DNA from: Mobula hypostoma
Taxonomy: Eukaryota
Direction of reading: 5' to 3'
Length of the DNA: 64,000 bases
Assembly: GCF_963921235.1 (NCBI RefSeq)
Contig: NC_086118.1
Coordinates: 19,904,001-19,968,000 of the forward strand
The notes beneath the pieces were generated by a model. That model did no database searches. It saw only the letters and a list, made by a program, of their open reading frames with translations, and was not told where the DNA came from. Position numbers and translations under genes: made by a program. This document shows, in pieces, positions 48,185 through 60,383 of this stretch (positions within the stretch are counted from its first letter, which is position 1; every line of letters begins with the position of its first letter).

Positions 48185-50900
48185 CTTTTAAGCTTTAATA
48201 AATATATAAAAGGTAAAAGAGAGTCGAGGGTGGATATTGTAATGAGAGATGCAGAGATGGCAGAGGAACTGAATGCATATTTTGCATCAGTCTTCACAGT
48301 GAAGACATCTGCAGTATACTGGACATTCAAGAGCATCAGGGAACTGAAGTTTGTGCAGTGAAAATTACAACTGAGAAGGTGCTCAGGAAGTTTAATGGTC
48401 TGTGGGTGGATAAATCTCCTGGACCTGACGGAATGCACCCTTGAGTTCTGAAGGAAGTAGCTGGAGAGATTTTGGAGGCATGAACAATGATCTCTCAGGA
48501 ATCGATAGATTCGGGCACTGTACCAGATGACTGGAAAATTGCAAATGTTACACCACTATTTAAGAAGGGTGGGAGGCAGCAGAAAGGAAACTGTAGACCT
48601 ATTAGCCTGACATCAGTTGTTGGGAAGTTATTGGAATCCATTGTTAGGGATGAGATTATGGAGTACCTGGAGGCATATGACAAGATATGCCAAAGCCAGC
48701 ATGGTTTCCCAAAAGGGAAATCCTGCTGGACAAATCTACTGCAATTTTTTTGAGGAAATTACAAGCAGGGTAGACAAAAGGGATGCAGTAGATGTGGTGT
48801 TCTTGGATTTTCAGAAGGTCTTTGACAAGGTGCTGCACATGAGTCTGCTTAACAAGGTAAGAGCCCGTGGAATTACAGGGAAGTTACTAGTGTAGCCTGG
48901 GGAAAAATACACACTCGGGACAACAAATACATTTTCGGGTTTTAATTCCTTTATCTGTTTTAGATGTTTTAGTGCCGGAAGAGTCTCAAAACAAAACGAA
49001 TGAATTTACAACCAGTTCCTGCCGTTACAATCTCAGTTTAACTTTTGACCCACATCCTTGTGTATCGATAAATGGCGTATGCAGTATAAAAATACATAAA
49101 GCAAACTGCACAAAACTAACACAAAACTAATAGGGTAGTGGCAATTCTGAAGGAACACAATACAAATAACACTAGAATCCCACCAACGCTGTACCTTATA
49201 CATAGCAGCGAAAATGTAAGCCAATACATCTCATTTAAGAGGTCTACTACTTTTTAGTACACATGGTGCTGAACTTCCAAACAGAGACTAAACACTCACA
49301 TTACGCTGTTACATTCACAATCAGTCTTGACACAATAAAGTTAGACAAAAGGTATACTTTGGCACAACTTTTACAAGATATTGCCTTATTGCCTGGTAGT
49401 TAAATTACAGGAAGACTGACCTACTTGGCCCGTAAGGAATTTTGCACAAGCCACGCTATCCAGCGCTGATACCTTCACTCATGAAAATCTAGAGCATCCA
49501 CATGTAAAACATGTCAAATTACTGATATTCTTGATTCGCCAACAAGCGTAAAGGAATTCACATGGATATCGTCAATTAACACTCACCGTTCCTCACCATG
49601 CCCAGTATCTCTGGGAGGAACTTAATCCCAAAGCCCCACCAGCTTCTTCTACAGAAAACAAAAATGGTCTCCCCACTATCCCGCGCATGCGTAATGACAT
49701 CACCGTCTCCACTTAAGGGCACAGACAACTATTCTAGCATTACCCGGATGGATGCCTAAGTACACTTTTAACAATAATGAATAAGATACGACGGTCACTC
49801 AGTTACACTAGCATGGGTAGGGCATTGGCTGATCAGAAAACAGAGAGTGGGAATAAAGGGATCCTATTCTGGCTGGCTGCCAGTTACCAGTGGATTCCAC
49901 AAGGGGCAATGTTGAGACCGCTGCTTTTTACAATGTATGTCAATGATTTGGACTATGGGATTGATGGATTTGTGGCTAAATTTGCTGATGATATAAAGAT
50001 AGGTGGAGGAGCAGGCAGTGTTGAGGAAACAGAGAGCCTGCAGTGAAACTTAGATAGTTGAGGGGAACGGGTAAAGAAGTGGCAAATGAAATACATTGTT
50101 GGTAAACGTATGATCATGCACTTTGGTGGAAGAAATAAATGGGCAGACTATTATTTAGATGGGGAGAGAATTCAAAAGGCAGAGATGCAAAGGGACTGGG
50201 GAGTCTTTGTGCAGGATACTCTAAAGGTTAACCTCCAGGTTCAGTCGGTGGCGAAAAAGGCGAATGTAATGTTGGCATTCACTTTAAGAGGTATAGAATA
50301 TAAGAGCAGGGATGTGATGTTGAGGCTCTACAAGGCACTCGTGAGACCACACTTGGAGTATTGTGTGCAGTTTGGGGCTCCTTATTTTAGAAAGGACATA
50401 CTGACATTGGAAAGGGTTCAAAGAAGATTCACGAGAATGATTACAGAACTGAAAGGGTTGCTGTATGAGGAACTTCTGGCAGCTTTTGGGCTGTATTCCC
50501 TGGAGTTCTGGAGAATGAGGGGGATCTCATAGAACCATTGCGAATATTAAAACGCCTGAACAGATTAGACATGGCAAAGTTATTTCCTGTGGTAGGGGAG
50601 TCTAGGACAAGAGGGCACGACTTCAGGATTGAAAGATGTCCATTCAGGACCGAGATGCGGAGAAATTACTTTAGTCAGAGGGGGTAAATCTATGGATGGC
50701 TGCCGCAAATGGCTGTGGAGGCCAAGTCACTGGGTGTGTTTAAGGCAGAGATAGATAGGTCTTTGGGCATCAAAGTGTATGGGGTGAAACAGGGGAGTGG
50801 GGATGACTGGAAGAATTGGATCAGCCCATGATTGAATGGCAGAGCAGACTCAATAGGCCGAATGGCCTACTTCTGCTCCTACATCTTATGGTCTTATGGT
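48185..50900 (+). mobile_element. 5'-truncated CR1 LINE interrupted by a solo LTR
   Basis: SPGPDGMHP, WKIANVTPLFKK, QHGF, KFADD, LVRPHLEYCVQF; CTTATGGT tail at 50885-50900. Confidence 0.92.
48891..49807. mobile_element. Solo LTR, 917 bp
   Basis: TGTAGC..GTTACA termini, perfect 4-bp TSD CTAG (48887-48890 and 49808-49811); CR1 RT sequence resumes after it. Confidence 0.85.
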
Positions 50901-51306
50901 CATTTCAAAATAAAAGCTGGAAGTGTTTAATCACACAGTAAAAACATAAATCAATTGCCTGAAGGGCAGAACAGCTATGTACACCAATAATACCACCAAA
51001 ACTGCTTCTTGGTGATCAGCAATGAGAGGATGAGAGAAGGATACAAAATGGGAAACCCTGTTTAATTATCTATATAATACCCAGTTTTCCCTTGTTTTCT
51101 GTTCACCTTCCTCATATGCTACACATTCAAATCCAGGATCTTCAAAGCGACATTGGAATTGGCCATCTGTACTTACACTAAAAAACTTAGCAAACATTCA
51201 TAATTACTTTCTGCACCATAGTTTCCTGTTTTAAAATCAATTGAGCAGACCTCCCTGTCACTGTAACTCCAATTATGTGTATGTCAAGTTGACAGATATT
51301 ACTCAC

Positions 51307-51491
51307 TGCACCACAGTGCAGATCATCCACCCAGATGGGTCTTCGAAACAAAATTCCACATCAGTGAGTGTGGCAAGACTGACATAAGCTATTCCTCCAG
51401 CATGTTCTGGGAAGAAGAGTAATTTGCTCTGACAGCCTTGTATTGAATTGATCTCCACACATAACACTGGCTCATAAATGAAGCTTTTATC
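51307..51491 (-). other. Candidate spliced exon of an unidentified transcript
   Basis: Acceptor GTTGTTTTGTTTATTTTCAG, donor GTGAGT, one open frame, non-repetitive context. Confidence 0.3.
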
Positions 51492-51884
51492 CTGAAAATA
51501 AACAAAACAACTTAATTTACATAACTGGTACACAGAAACTGGATTGTGTAGCTTAAAGTGATTATACAGGAGATTGCTTGAAAGAGAAAAAAGCTAAATC
51601 CCAAAATTGGAGCAAGCTTTAGGGTGTACCATTCAAGTTACAGCACATGACATTTTCCCAGTTTCAGGTGCACACTAAATTATGTGGTTATTTACTAACA
51701 TTAATTGGAGCAGAAAGTTCCATCCAACTATTGTCATGCAACAGTAAAAGCAGAACATTGTGCTAACTCCTTTTGTCCTCTCAACCAATTGTCCTGATCA
51801 GGCAGCTTCAGAACTAACAGAGATTGCTCAAGCGACCTACAAAGTCTACACAAAGTGTTTAAACTGACGGGTTTTTTTAGCATC

Positions 51885-53205
51885 TCAAAGTTCAAAGTAA
51901 TTTTATCATAAAAGGAATATATGTCATCGTGCACAATCCTGAGATTTATTTTCTTACGGGCATTCACAGTTGAGTGAAATTATCCCCTCTGATTCAAGAG
52001 CCTGATGGCTGAGAGGTAATAACTGTTCCTGAACCTGAATCCTGAGACTCTTGTATGGCATCCTTCCTGTTTGCAGCAGCAAGAAGAGAGCTTGGCCTGG
52101 ATGGTGGGAGACCTTGATGATGGATTCTGCTTTCCTGTGACAGGGGACTATGTTGAAAAATAAATGTGCTAGGTTTTCTAAAGTTGACCCCTTCTACTTA
52201 GGCCACAAACTTATCAATCACCCCTCGTGCTTTCCACCACACATCTATAGAAGTTTGACAAAGTTTTAGATAATATGTCAAATCTACTCAAATGTTTAAG
52301 AACGTAGAGGCACTGCTGTGCTTTCTTTATAATGGCACTACGTGTTGGACCCAGGGCAAATTCTCTGATCTGAAATGATATGATCTGGAATTTAAAGCTC
52401 TTGACTCTGTCCACCTCTGATCTTCTGATGAGGACTAGCTCATGGACTACCAGTTTCCTCCTCCTATAGTCAATGATAGATAGATTGATGCTTTATTGAT
52501 CCCAAAAGAAATTACAGTGTCACAGTAGCATTACAAGTGCACAGGTATAAATATTAGAAGAGAAGTAGAAAGAATTTAAAAAGTAAGTTATCACAAACAG
52601 TCTAACCTCGGCCATAGGTTGATGCATTATAGAGCCTAATGGCCAAGGGTAAGAATGATATAATATAGCGCTCTTGGAGCAGCATAGTTGTCTTAGTCTA
52701 TTACTAAAAGTGCTCCTCTGTTCAGCTAAGGAGGCATGTAGAGGGTGAGAAACATTATCCAGATCTGCCGGGATTTTCCATAGGGTCCTTTGTTCTACCA
52801 CAGCCTCCAGTGTGTCCAGTTTGACTCCTATAACAGAGCCAGCCTTTCTAATCAGTTCATTGAGCCTGTTGGCATCACCCATGTTGATGCCATTGCCCCA
52901 GCACACCACCGCATGGAAGATTGTACTGGCAACAACAGACTGGTAGAACATGAGCAGGAGAGGCCTGCATACTCCAAAGGGCCTCAGTGTCCTCAGGAAG
53001 CAGTGGCAACTCTGGCTCTTCTTGTACACAGCCTCCTTGGTCTTGCAAATATTGAGTGAGCAGTTGTTGTGGCAGCACTTGGCCAGGTTTTCCATCTCCC
53101 TCCTATATGCTGACTTGTCACCACATTTGATTTGGCCAACATTAGTACTGCATAGCCTCACAGTAATGAGTATAAAATGATTAGAGCAGAGGGTAACCAC
53201 ACAGC
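51885..53205 (-). mobile_element. Two nested Rex1/Babar-like 3' fragments (inner copy about 52475-53035)
   Basis: IKKAQQCLYVLKHL..LSNFYRCVVES (outer); FYQSVVASTIFHAVVCWG..SHPLH (inner, with its own tail). Confidence 0.75.
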
Positions 53206-53609
53206 CTTGTGTATTTATTGTGTATAGTAGCATTTTACTACTGAGATACACATTCAGTAGAAGCCTCAGTGGTGGCCATGTTTTTGGTGTTCTATTAATG
53301 GTAATGTTGATATGGTGATTTAGGGACCTCAGGCCAAATGGTCCATCAGTAATGACCTCACTCCCCCAGAGTCCACATCCTTCCAGGATCTCTCCAATAA
53401 ACGATGTGTTCACTGGCTCAGGCCTACGTCACTGAGATATGTACTACGGGGAAACTTCTAACAGTGGAGTTCTCTCTGGAGTTCAGGGTCTTAGCCACTG
53501 TAAATTTCCCCTTGTGTGGATGGTTGGAGAATGGAAAAGTTTAGGGGCATGCGGAAGAGTAGAAATTCCAAGGGATAAGCACATCCACGTCCTCAGACCC
53601 TGCAGAGAT

Positions 53610-54235
53610 TTGGCATGTCATAAAAAACTTAACAAACTTCTATAGATGTGTGGTGGAAAGTGTGCTGACTGGCTGCATCATGGCCTGGTATGGAAACACC
53701 AATACCTTTGAGTGGAAAATCCTACTAAGGGTAGTAAATTTGGCCCAGTACATCATGGGTAAAACCCTCCCAACCATAGAGCACATCTACATGAAACGAT
53801 GCTGTAGAAAAGCTTCAAAGATCCTCACCACCTAGGCCATGCTCTTCTCTCGCTGCTGCCATCTGGTAGAAGTTACACATTTCAACCCTTGGAAAATGAT
53901 GCTGTACCCTATATAGGCATCTGATAGTTTATGAACTGCTGTCAGGTCTACCCCTCAACCACCAGGCTCTTGAACAAAAGGGGGTAACTACAGTCATTGT
54001 ATTTCTGGTGTTCCCACAACCAATGATCTCTCTTTAAGGACTTTTTATCTTGTTATTTCATACTCTCTATTTATTGCTATTTATTTATATCTGAATTTGC
54101 ACAGTTTCTTGTCCATTGGTCCTGTTTACAGTTGCTGTTCTACAGATTTACTAAGTATGCTGGCAGATAAAGAATCTCAGGGGGTGTACGTGGCAACATG
54201 TATATACTCTGATAATAAATATTTTACTTTACTTT
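53610..54235 (+). mobile_element. Rex1/Babar-like 3' fragment
   Basis: FYRCVVESVLTGCIMAWYG; 3'UTR ending in ACTTT-type repeats. Confidence 0.75.
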
Positions 54236-55830
54236 TACCTTACCTTGGAACACCTCACAATCAAGTGCCCCCCAAATTACCTGCCACAGGAGATTTCAGC
54301 GATCATTTTGGTAGCGTTGTACATTCCACTTCAGGCCAATGTCAGACTGGCTCCAGATGATCTGAGTGATGTGATAAACAGGCATGAAACAGCTCATCCT
54401 AATACCCTCCCCATCATTTCAGGGGATTCTAACCAGGCCAGCATGAAAAAGGTCACCAAACAATTATCATCAACAAATAGCTTGTTGTACCAGAGGAAGC
54501 AACACACTGAACCATTGATACACCACCATCAAGAGTGCTTACTGTGATATTCTATGCCCATACTTTAGAAAGTCTGATCACCTGGCTTCACTTCTACTCC
54601 CAGAGTATAAGCAAAGACTAAAGACTGCAGCACCAGTAGTGAGAACCAAGAAGGTATGCACAAGGGAAGCACAGAAGTGCCTACAGAACTGCTTTGAATC
54701 AATGGACTGGACTGTATTCAGGGAGTCATCCTCGAGTTTGAGTGAATACACCACAGTTGTCATCAGCTTCATTAAAACCTCTGTGGATGAGTGAGTGTCT
54801 AGGAAAGCTAACTGTACATACCCACTCAAAAGCTGTGGGTGAACCAAGAGATTCATAGTCTGTTGAGGGCTAGATCTCTGGGATTTAAGTCTGGCGACCC
54901 AGGTCTGTGCAAAAACAAAACCAGGTAATACTTGCAGAGGGCTACTTCAAGAGCTAAGAAACAATTCCAAGCACGGTTGGAGGCGACATCAGAGGCATGT
55001 CTACTCTGGCAGGGTTTGCAGAACAATTAGTTCCTACAAAGCGAAACCCAGCATCATGAATGGCAGTGATGCTTCACTACCAGATGAGCTCAACACCTTT
55101 TATGCTCACTTTGAAATGGAGAATAAAACTCCAGCTGTGAGGATCCCTGTTACATCCAGTAAACCTGATATCTCTGCCTTGGAGGCCAACGTCAGTCTGT
55201 CTTTCAAGTGAGTGAACCCTTGCAATATGGCTGGTGCCAGTGGGGTACCTGGTAAGGTTCTGAAAACTTATGCCAACCAACTGATAAGGGTATTCAAAGA
55301 TATTTTCAACCTCTCAATCTATGATCGGAAGTTCCCACCTGGTCAACAATTACACCAGTGCCTAAGAAGAGTAGTGCGAGCTACCTCAACAACTATCATC
55401 CAGTAGCATTCACATCTACGGTGATGAAATGCTTTGAGAGGTTGGTCATGGCTAGAATGAATTCCTGCCTCAGCAAGGACCAGGACATACTGTGATTTGT
55501 CTATTGCCACAATAGGTCTATGACAGATGCGATCTCGATGTCTTTTCACATGGCCTTAGATCACATGAGCAATACAAACAAATATCTCAGGATGCTTTCA
55601 TTGACTATAGTTCTGCGGTTAACACTATCATTCTTATAGCCCTGATCAAGAAGCTACAGAACCTGGGCCACTGTAGTTCCATCTGCAACCGGATCCTTGA
55701 CCTCCTAACTGGAAGACCACTGTCTGTGCATATTGGTAATAACATCTCCATCTCACTGATGATCAACACTGGTGCACCTCAGAGACGTGTTCTTAGCCCT
55801 CTGCTCTACTCTCTCTATATCCATTATGTG

Positions 55831-56809
55831 CGTCCAGCACATAATTCTCTGTAACTTCCACCATCTCCAATGGGATCTCACCATCCCACTTCTTTCACTC
55901 ACCCCACCTTCAGCTTTCCTCAGGGATCACTCCCTACACGGCTCACTTGTTCATTCGTCCTTCCCCACTGATCTTCCTCCTGGCACTTATCCTTGCAAGC
56001 GGAACAAGTGCTACACCTGTCCCTACACCACCTCTCTCACTACCATCCAGGGCCCTAAGCAATCCTTCCAGGTGAGGCAAATCTTCACCTATGAGTCTGT
56101 TGGGGTCATCTACTGTATCCGGTGCTCCCAATGTGGCCTCCTGTATAATGGTGAGACCCAAAGTAGATTGGGAGACTGCTTTGTCAAGCATCTACAGTCT
56201 ATCCACCAGAAAAAGCGGGATCTCCAGTGGCCACCCATTTAATTCCACTTCCCATTCTCATTCTGATATGTCAGTCCATGGCCTCCTCTACTGTCATGAT
56301 GAGGCCACACTCAGGCTGGAGGAGCAACACCTTAAATTCCATTTGGGTAGCCTCCAGCCTGATGGTGTGGACATTGATTTCTTGAACTTCCGGTAATACA
56401 TCCCCCCCAACTCCGTCACCATTCCCATTTCCCTATTCTCATTTCCCTCTCTCTTTACCTTTCCATCATCTCCCTCCTTTCTTTCTTCCATGGCATTCTG
56501 TGCTCTCCTATCAGATTCCCCCTTCTCCAGCCCTGTATCTCTTTCACCAATCAACTTCCCAGCTCTTTACTTCACCCCTGCCGCTCCCGGTTGTATCTAT
56601 CACCTTGTTTCTTCCTTCTTTCCCTCACCCCCACCCCCCACTTCCTTACTCTGTCTCCTCTTCTTTTTCTCTCCAGTCCTGATGAAGTGTCTCAGTCCGA
56701 AAAGTTGACTGTACTCTTTTCCATAGATGCTGCCTGGTCTGCTGAGTTCTTCCAGCATTTTGTGTGTGTTGCTTGGATTTTCAGCATCTGCAGATTTTCT
56801 TTTGTTTGT
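55831..56809 (+). mobile_element. Penelope-like element 3' fragment (frameshifted GIY-YIG, degenerate hammerhead at 56674-56711)
   Basis: CKRNKCYTC..VIYCIRCSQCGLLYNGET; CTGATGA..GAAA core. Confidence 0.88.
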
Positions 56810-57548
56810 CATTGTCGGAAGAATCTCAGATGGTGACGAGAGGACGTATAACAGCAGGATATACCCAATAGTTGAGTAGTGTCCCAGCAACAACCTTGCA
56901 CAAAACGTCAGTGAGACCAAGGAGCTGACTGTGTACTTCAGGACGGATAAGACAAGGGAACACAAACCAATCCTCATAGGGGGATCAGAAGTGGAGAGAG
57001 TGAGCAATTTCAAGTTCCTGGGTGTCAAGATCTCTGAGGATCTAACCTGGTCCCAGCATATCAATGCAGCTATAAAGAAGGCAAAACAGTGGCTCTACTT
57101 CCTTAGGAAATTGAGGAAATTTGGTTTGTCACCTAAAACATTCAAAAACTTCTAGAGATGTACCATGAAGAGCATTCTTACTGGCTGCATCATCGTCTGG
57201 TATGGGGGGGGGGGGGCAACTGTACAAGATTGAAGTGAGCTGCAGAGAGTGGTAAAATTAGTGAGCTCCATCATGGGTACTAGCCTCTGTAGTATCCAAG
57301 ACATCTTCAAGGGGCAGTGCCTCAGAAAGGTGGCGTCCATCATTAAGGACCCCCACCACTTAGGACATGCTCTCTTCACACTGTTACAATCAGGAAGGAG
57401 GTACAAGAGCCTGAAGGCACACACTCAGCAATTCAGGAACAGCTTCTTCCACTCTGTCGTCCGATTCCTAAATGGACATGGAACCCATGAACACTACCTC
57501 ACTATTTTTTACTCACTTCTGTTTTTTTCCCACTGCTTATTTTAATTT

Positions 57549-57956
57549 CCGTGTAAGCGGAACAAGTGCTACACATGCCCTTACACTTCCTCCCTTACCA
57601 CCATTCAGGGCCCCAAACAGTCCTTCCAGGTGAGGCATCACTTCACCTGTGAGTCGACTGGGGTGATATACTGCGTCCGGTGCTCCCGATGTGGCCTTTT
57701 ATATATTGGTGAGACCCGACGCAGACTGGGAGACCGCTTTGCTGAACATCTACGCTCTGTCCGCCAGAGAAAGCAGGATCTCCCAGTGGCCACACATTTT
57801 AATTCCACATCCCATTCCCATTCTGACATGTCTATCCACGGCCTCCTCTACTGTAAAGATGAAGCCACACTCAGGTTGGAGGAACAACACCTTATATTCC
57901 GTCTGGGTAGCCTCCAACCTGATGGCATGAACATTGACTTCTCTAACTTCCGCTAG
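57549..57956 (+). CDS. GIY-YIG endonuclease domain, 5'-truncated, frame open
   Basis: PCKRNKCYTC linker, VIYC..YIGET.RRL..RFAEH, VATHFN, EQHLIFRL..GMN. Confidence 0.85.
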   Translation, partial: PCKRNKCYTCPYTSSLTTIQGPKQSFQVRHHFTCESTGVIYCVRCSRCGLLYIGETRRRLGDRFAEHLRSVRQRKQDLPVATHFNSTSHSHSDMSIHGLLYCKDEATLRLEEQHLIFRLGSLQPDGMNIDFSNFR

Positions 57957-58247
57957 GCCCCACCTCCCCCTCGTACCCCAGCTGTTACTCCTTTTTATAC
58001 ACACATTCTTTCTCTCACTCTCCTTTTTCTCCCTCTGTCCCTCTGAATATACCTCTTGCCCATCCTCTGGGTCACCCCCCCCGTCTTTCTCCCTAGGCCT
58101 CCTGTCCCATGATCCTCTCGTATCCCCTTTTGCCTATCACCTGTCCAGCTCTCGGCTCTATCCCTCCCCCTCCTGTCTTCTCCTATCATTTTGCATCTCC
58201 CCCTCCCCCTCCAGCTTTCAAATCCCTTACTCACTCTTCCTTCAGTT

Positions 58248-58283
58248 AGTCCTGACGAAGGGTCTCGGCCTGAAACGTCGACT
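58248..58283 (+). ncRNA. Minimal type I hammerhead ribozyme
   Basis: AGTC-CTGACGA-stem II-GAAA-CGTC-GACT; predicted cleavage after C58279. Confidence 0.85.
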
Positions 58284-59184
58284 GCGCCTCTTCCTATAGA
58301 TGCTACTTGGCCTGCTGCGTTCACCAGCAACTTTGATGTATGTTGCTTGAATTTCCAGCATCTGCAGAATTCCTGTTGCTTATTTTAATTTAACTGTTTA
58401 ATATACATATATGTGTATAATTACTGTAATTCAGTTTCATTCCTATATTTATCACGTATTGCTCTGTACAGCTGCCGCAAAGTTAACATATTTCACAAGA
58501 ACATATGCTGGTGATATTAAACCTGATTCTGATTCTGATCTTTGCAATGCATCATCTGGTACTGCATCAATGAAACAGTAGTTTAATCTGCTTTGATTTC
58601 TGTGAAGAACAGGAGGTATTTCTGGCGCTGTGACTTAACAGCATTGTCGAATTTCGATGCATGCTGTCACTCTCTACATTGGTGCCTTTAAGGGCTTAAT
58701 AACATGGAATATTTTAAAAGTGGAAAAGTATGATCACAAGAGAATTTCCTCATGATAAGCAGAATGCTTCCTGGAGACAATGACACTGAGGGGCTTCTTC
58801 ATCCTGATGGAATTTACAACTTTCAGACGGAGGGATTGACCCCAGAGAGCAAGGCCTTCCCTTTCCTGGCCTCACATCCATATTCTCCAAGCACAGCAGC
58901 TGAGTGCAAATGTAGTGAGTACCAGGGCAATCTTCAAAGACCTCATATATTTCTTCAAAGAGAGATTCTGATCCCTTTGTTAGTCAGGAAGTCCCCTGAA
59001 GTACAATCCAAGCAGATTTTTATCAACATATGCTGGTGAAAAAGCAACTAGGAGACTGAGCCTATGCGCTATGAGGCCAATCCTGAAAAAAAAACACAAT
59101 AAAAACACAAGGAATTGGCAGCATCATCTCCCAACTGAGCAGAGGAGGGAAGCTTCATCCACACGGGATAGGAGGAACTCCCAA

Positions 59185-59330
59185 ACATGGAGAACATATG
59201 AATATGAGCAAGAATAGGCCTTCTGGCCCATCGAGCCGGCGCCACCATTCAATAAGATTATGGATGAACTGTCCATGGGCTCATCTCCACCTACCTTCCT
59301 TTTCCCCATCACCTGTAATTCCCCTATTTA
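59185..59330 (-). mobile_element. CR1 3'UTR fragment
   Basis: Resembles the other CR1 3' ends (AGGCCTTCTGGCCCATCGAGCC..CCATTCAATAAGAT). Confidence 0.7.
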
Positions 59331-60383
59331 TCCCCTGAGAACCCGGAGATGGTTCTCAGAAGAAGACTGTAAAATTAAATTCAAATGCAAAACAAGTGAC
59401 CCTCTTTTTAGCGCCAGCATAGTACCCCAGTCACAAATGCAAGGGCAAAGAGATGTCCTGTTGTCCAGTCCGTCATGTACAGATTTATCTCCAATGAGTA
59501 ATCCCCAAGTTTACTTACTTACACAGTATATCTGCCAGATTAACATTGGTCCTACTAATTCTCCACAATCTACTAGTGGCCAAACTAAAAATTGAAACCC
59601 AATAATATACATTTTAAGAAATGAAAAATATATACCATGAAATTCCACCTGAGACGATTCTACCCCTGCATTTATAATACTTCCCTCCCTTGCTACAAAG
59701 GAGATTTTAAAGGGCCCCTAGTAAGTGAGTTATGAAAAAGCAACTAAAATAAGCAGAACTTCAGTTATTAATTTGGTTCATTTATGCCAAACTAGGCATA
59801 AGTAGATTCACCTACATATATCCAGTCTACATATTTGATTTGAAATTTTGCATAAGCATTTCTCTGATTTCATTCTCTGTTTTTTAGGAAACTTGTTTTC
59901 AGACATATTCAGCATGACAGGATCTGATATTCTTTTGTTCCACATCAAATAAAAACAGCTCAGTGGAGAGAATTAATTAGGCAGCTTTGACATTAACTGG
60001 ACAATAATTGGTAAGGAATAATATGGAAGATCTGATAATGGCATAGCCAAAAGATACAGGAACATTATTGACATGTGTCCAGTGTTATTACTCAAAGATG
60101 AAGGGTGTCCAAATTGTGGTATTTTTCAAAGAATTGAAATTATTTTTGATTATTAACAGAAAACAGAAGAACTATAAAATAGTTATCTGCTTTGATCCTT
60201 CGCCCTTTCCTGTGTTGCCTATTACATTGACTCAGATGTAGAGGATTGACCAATGGACAGGGCACAAAAGATTTTCAGAGGCCTAGGAAACCATAACTCA
60301 GCCAGAATCAGGAGAGGTGATGGAAAGGAATGTTGGTTTGCTTTAGTTGACAGCATTCTTGCCTTAACAATAGGTACTCCTGT

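Larger units (their letters stand above)
57549..58376 (+). mobile_element. Young 5'-truncated Penelope-like (Neptune-type) element
   Basis: 15-bp TSD TGCTTATTTTAATTT (57534-57548 and 58377-58391); GIY-YIG ORF; hammerhead. Confidence 0.92.
54242..58539 (+). mobile_element. Rex1/Babar-like LINE (endonuclease and RT, decayed) with two Penelope-like insertions
   Basis: LEHLTIKCPPNYLPQEISAIILVALYIP, SDH, MKCFERLV, GAPQ..VLSPLLYSLY, FKFLGVKISEDLTW; (GATTCT)n tail at about 58524-58539. Confidence 0.85.

Noticed and set aside
52520..53413. 297-aa ORF as a host gene
   Set aside because: Patchwork of nested Rex-like RT fragments and flanking sequence.
58752..59039. 95-aa ATG ORF in unique-looking DNA
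   Set aside because: No recognisable motif or convincing splice context; length is within chance expectation.
59889..60010. Plus-strand AG..GTAAG exon-like interval
   Set aside because: Stops in all three frames and no other support.
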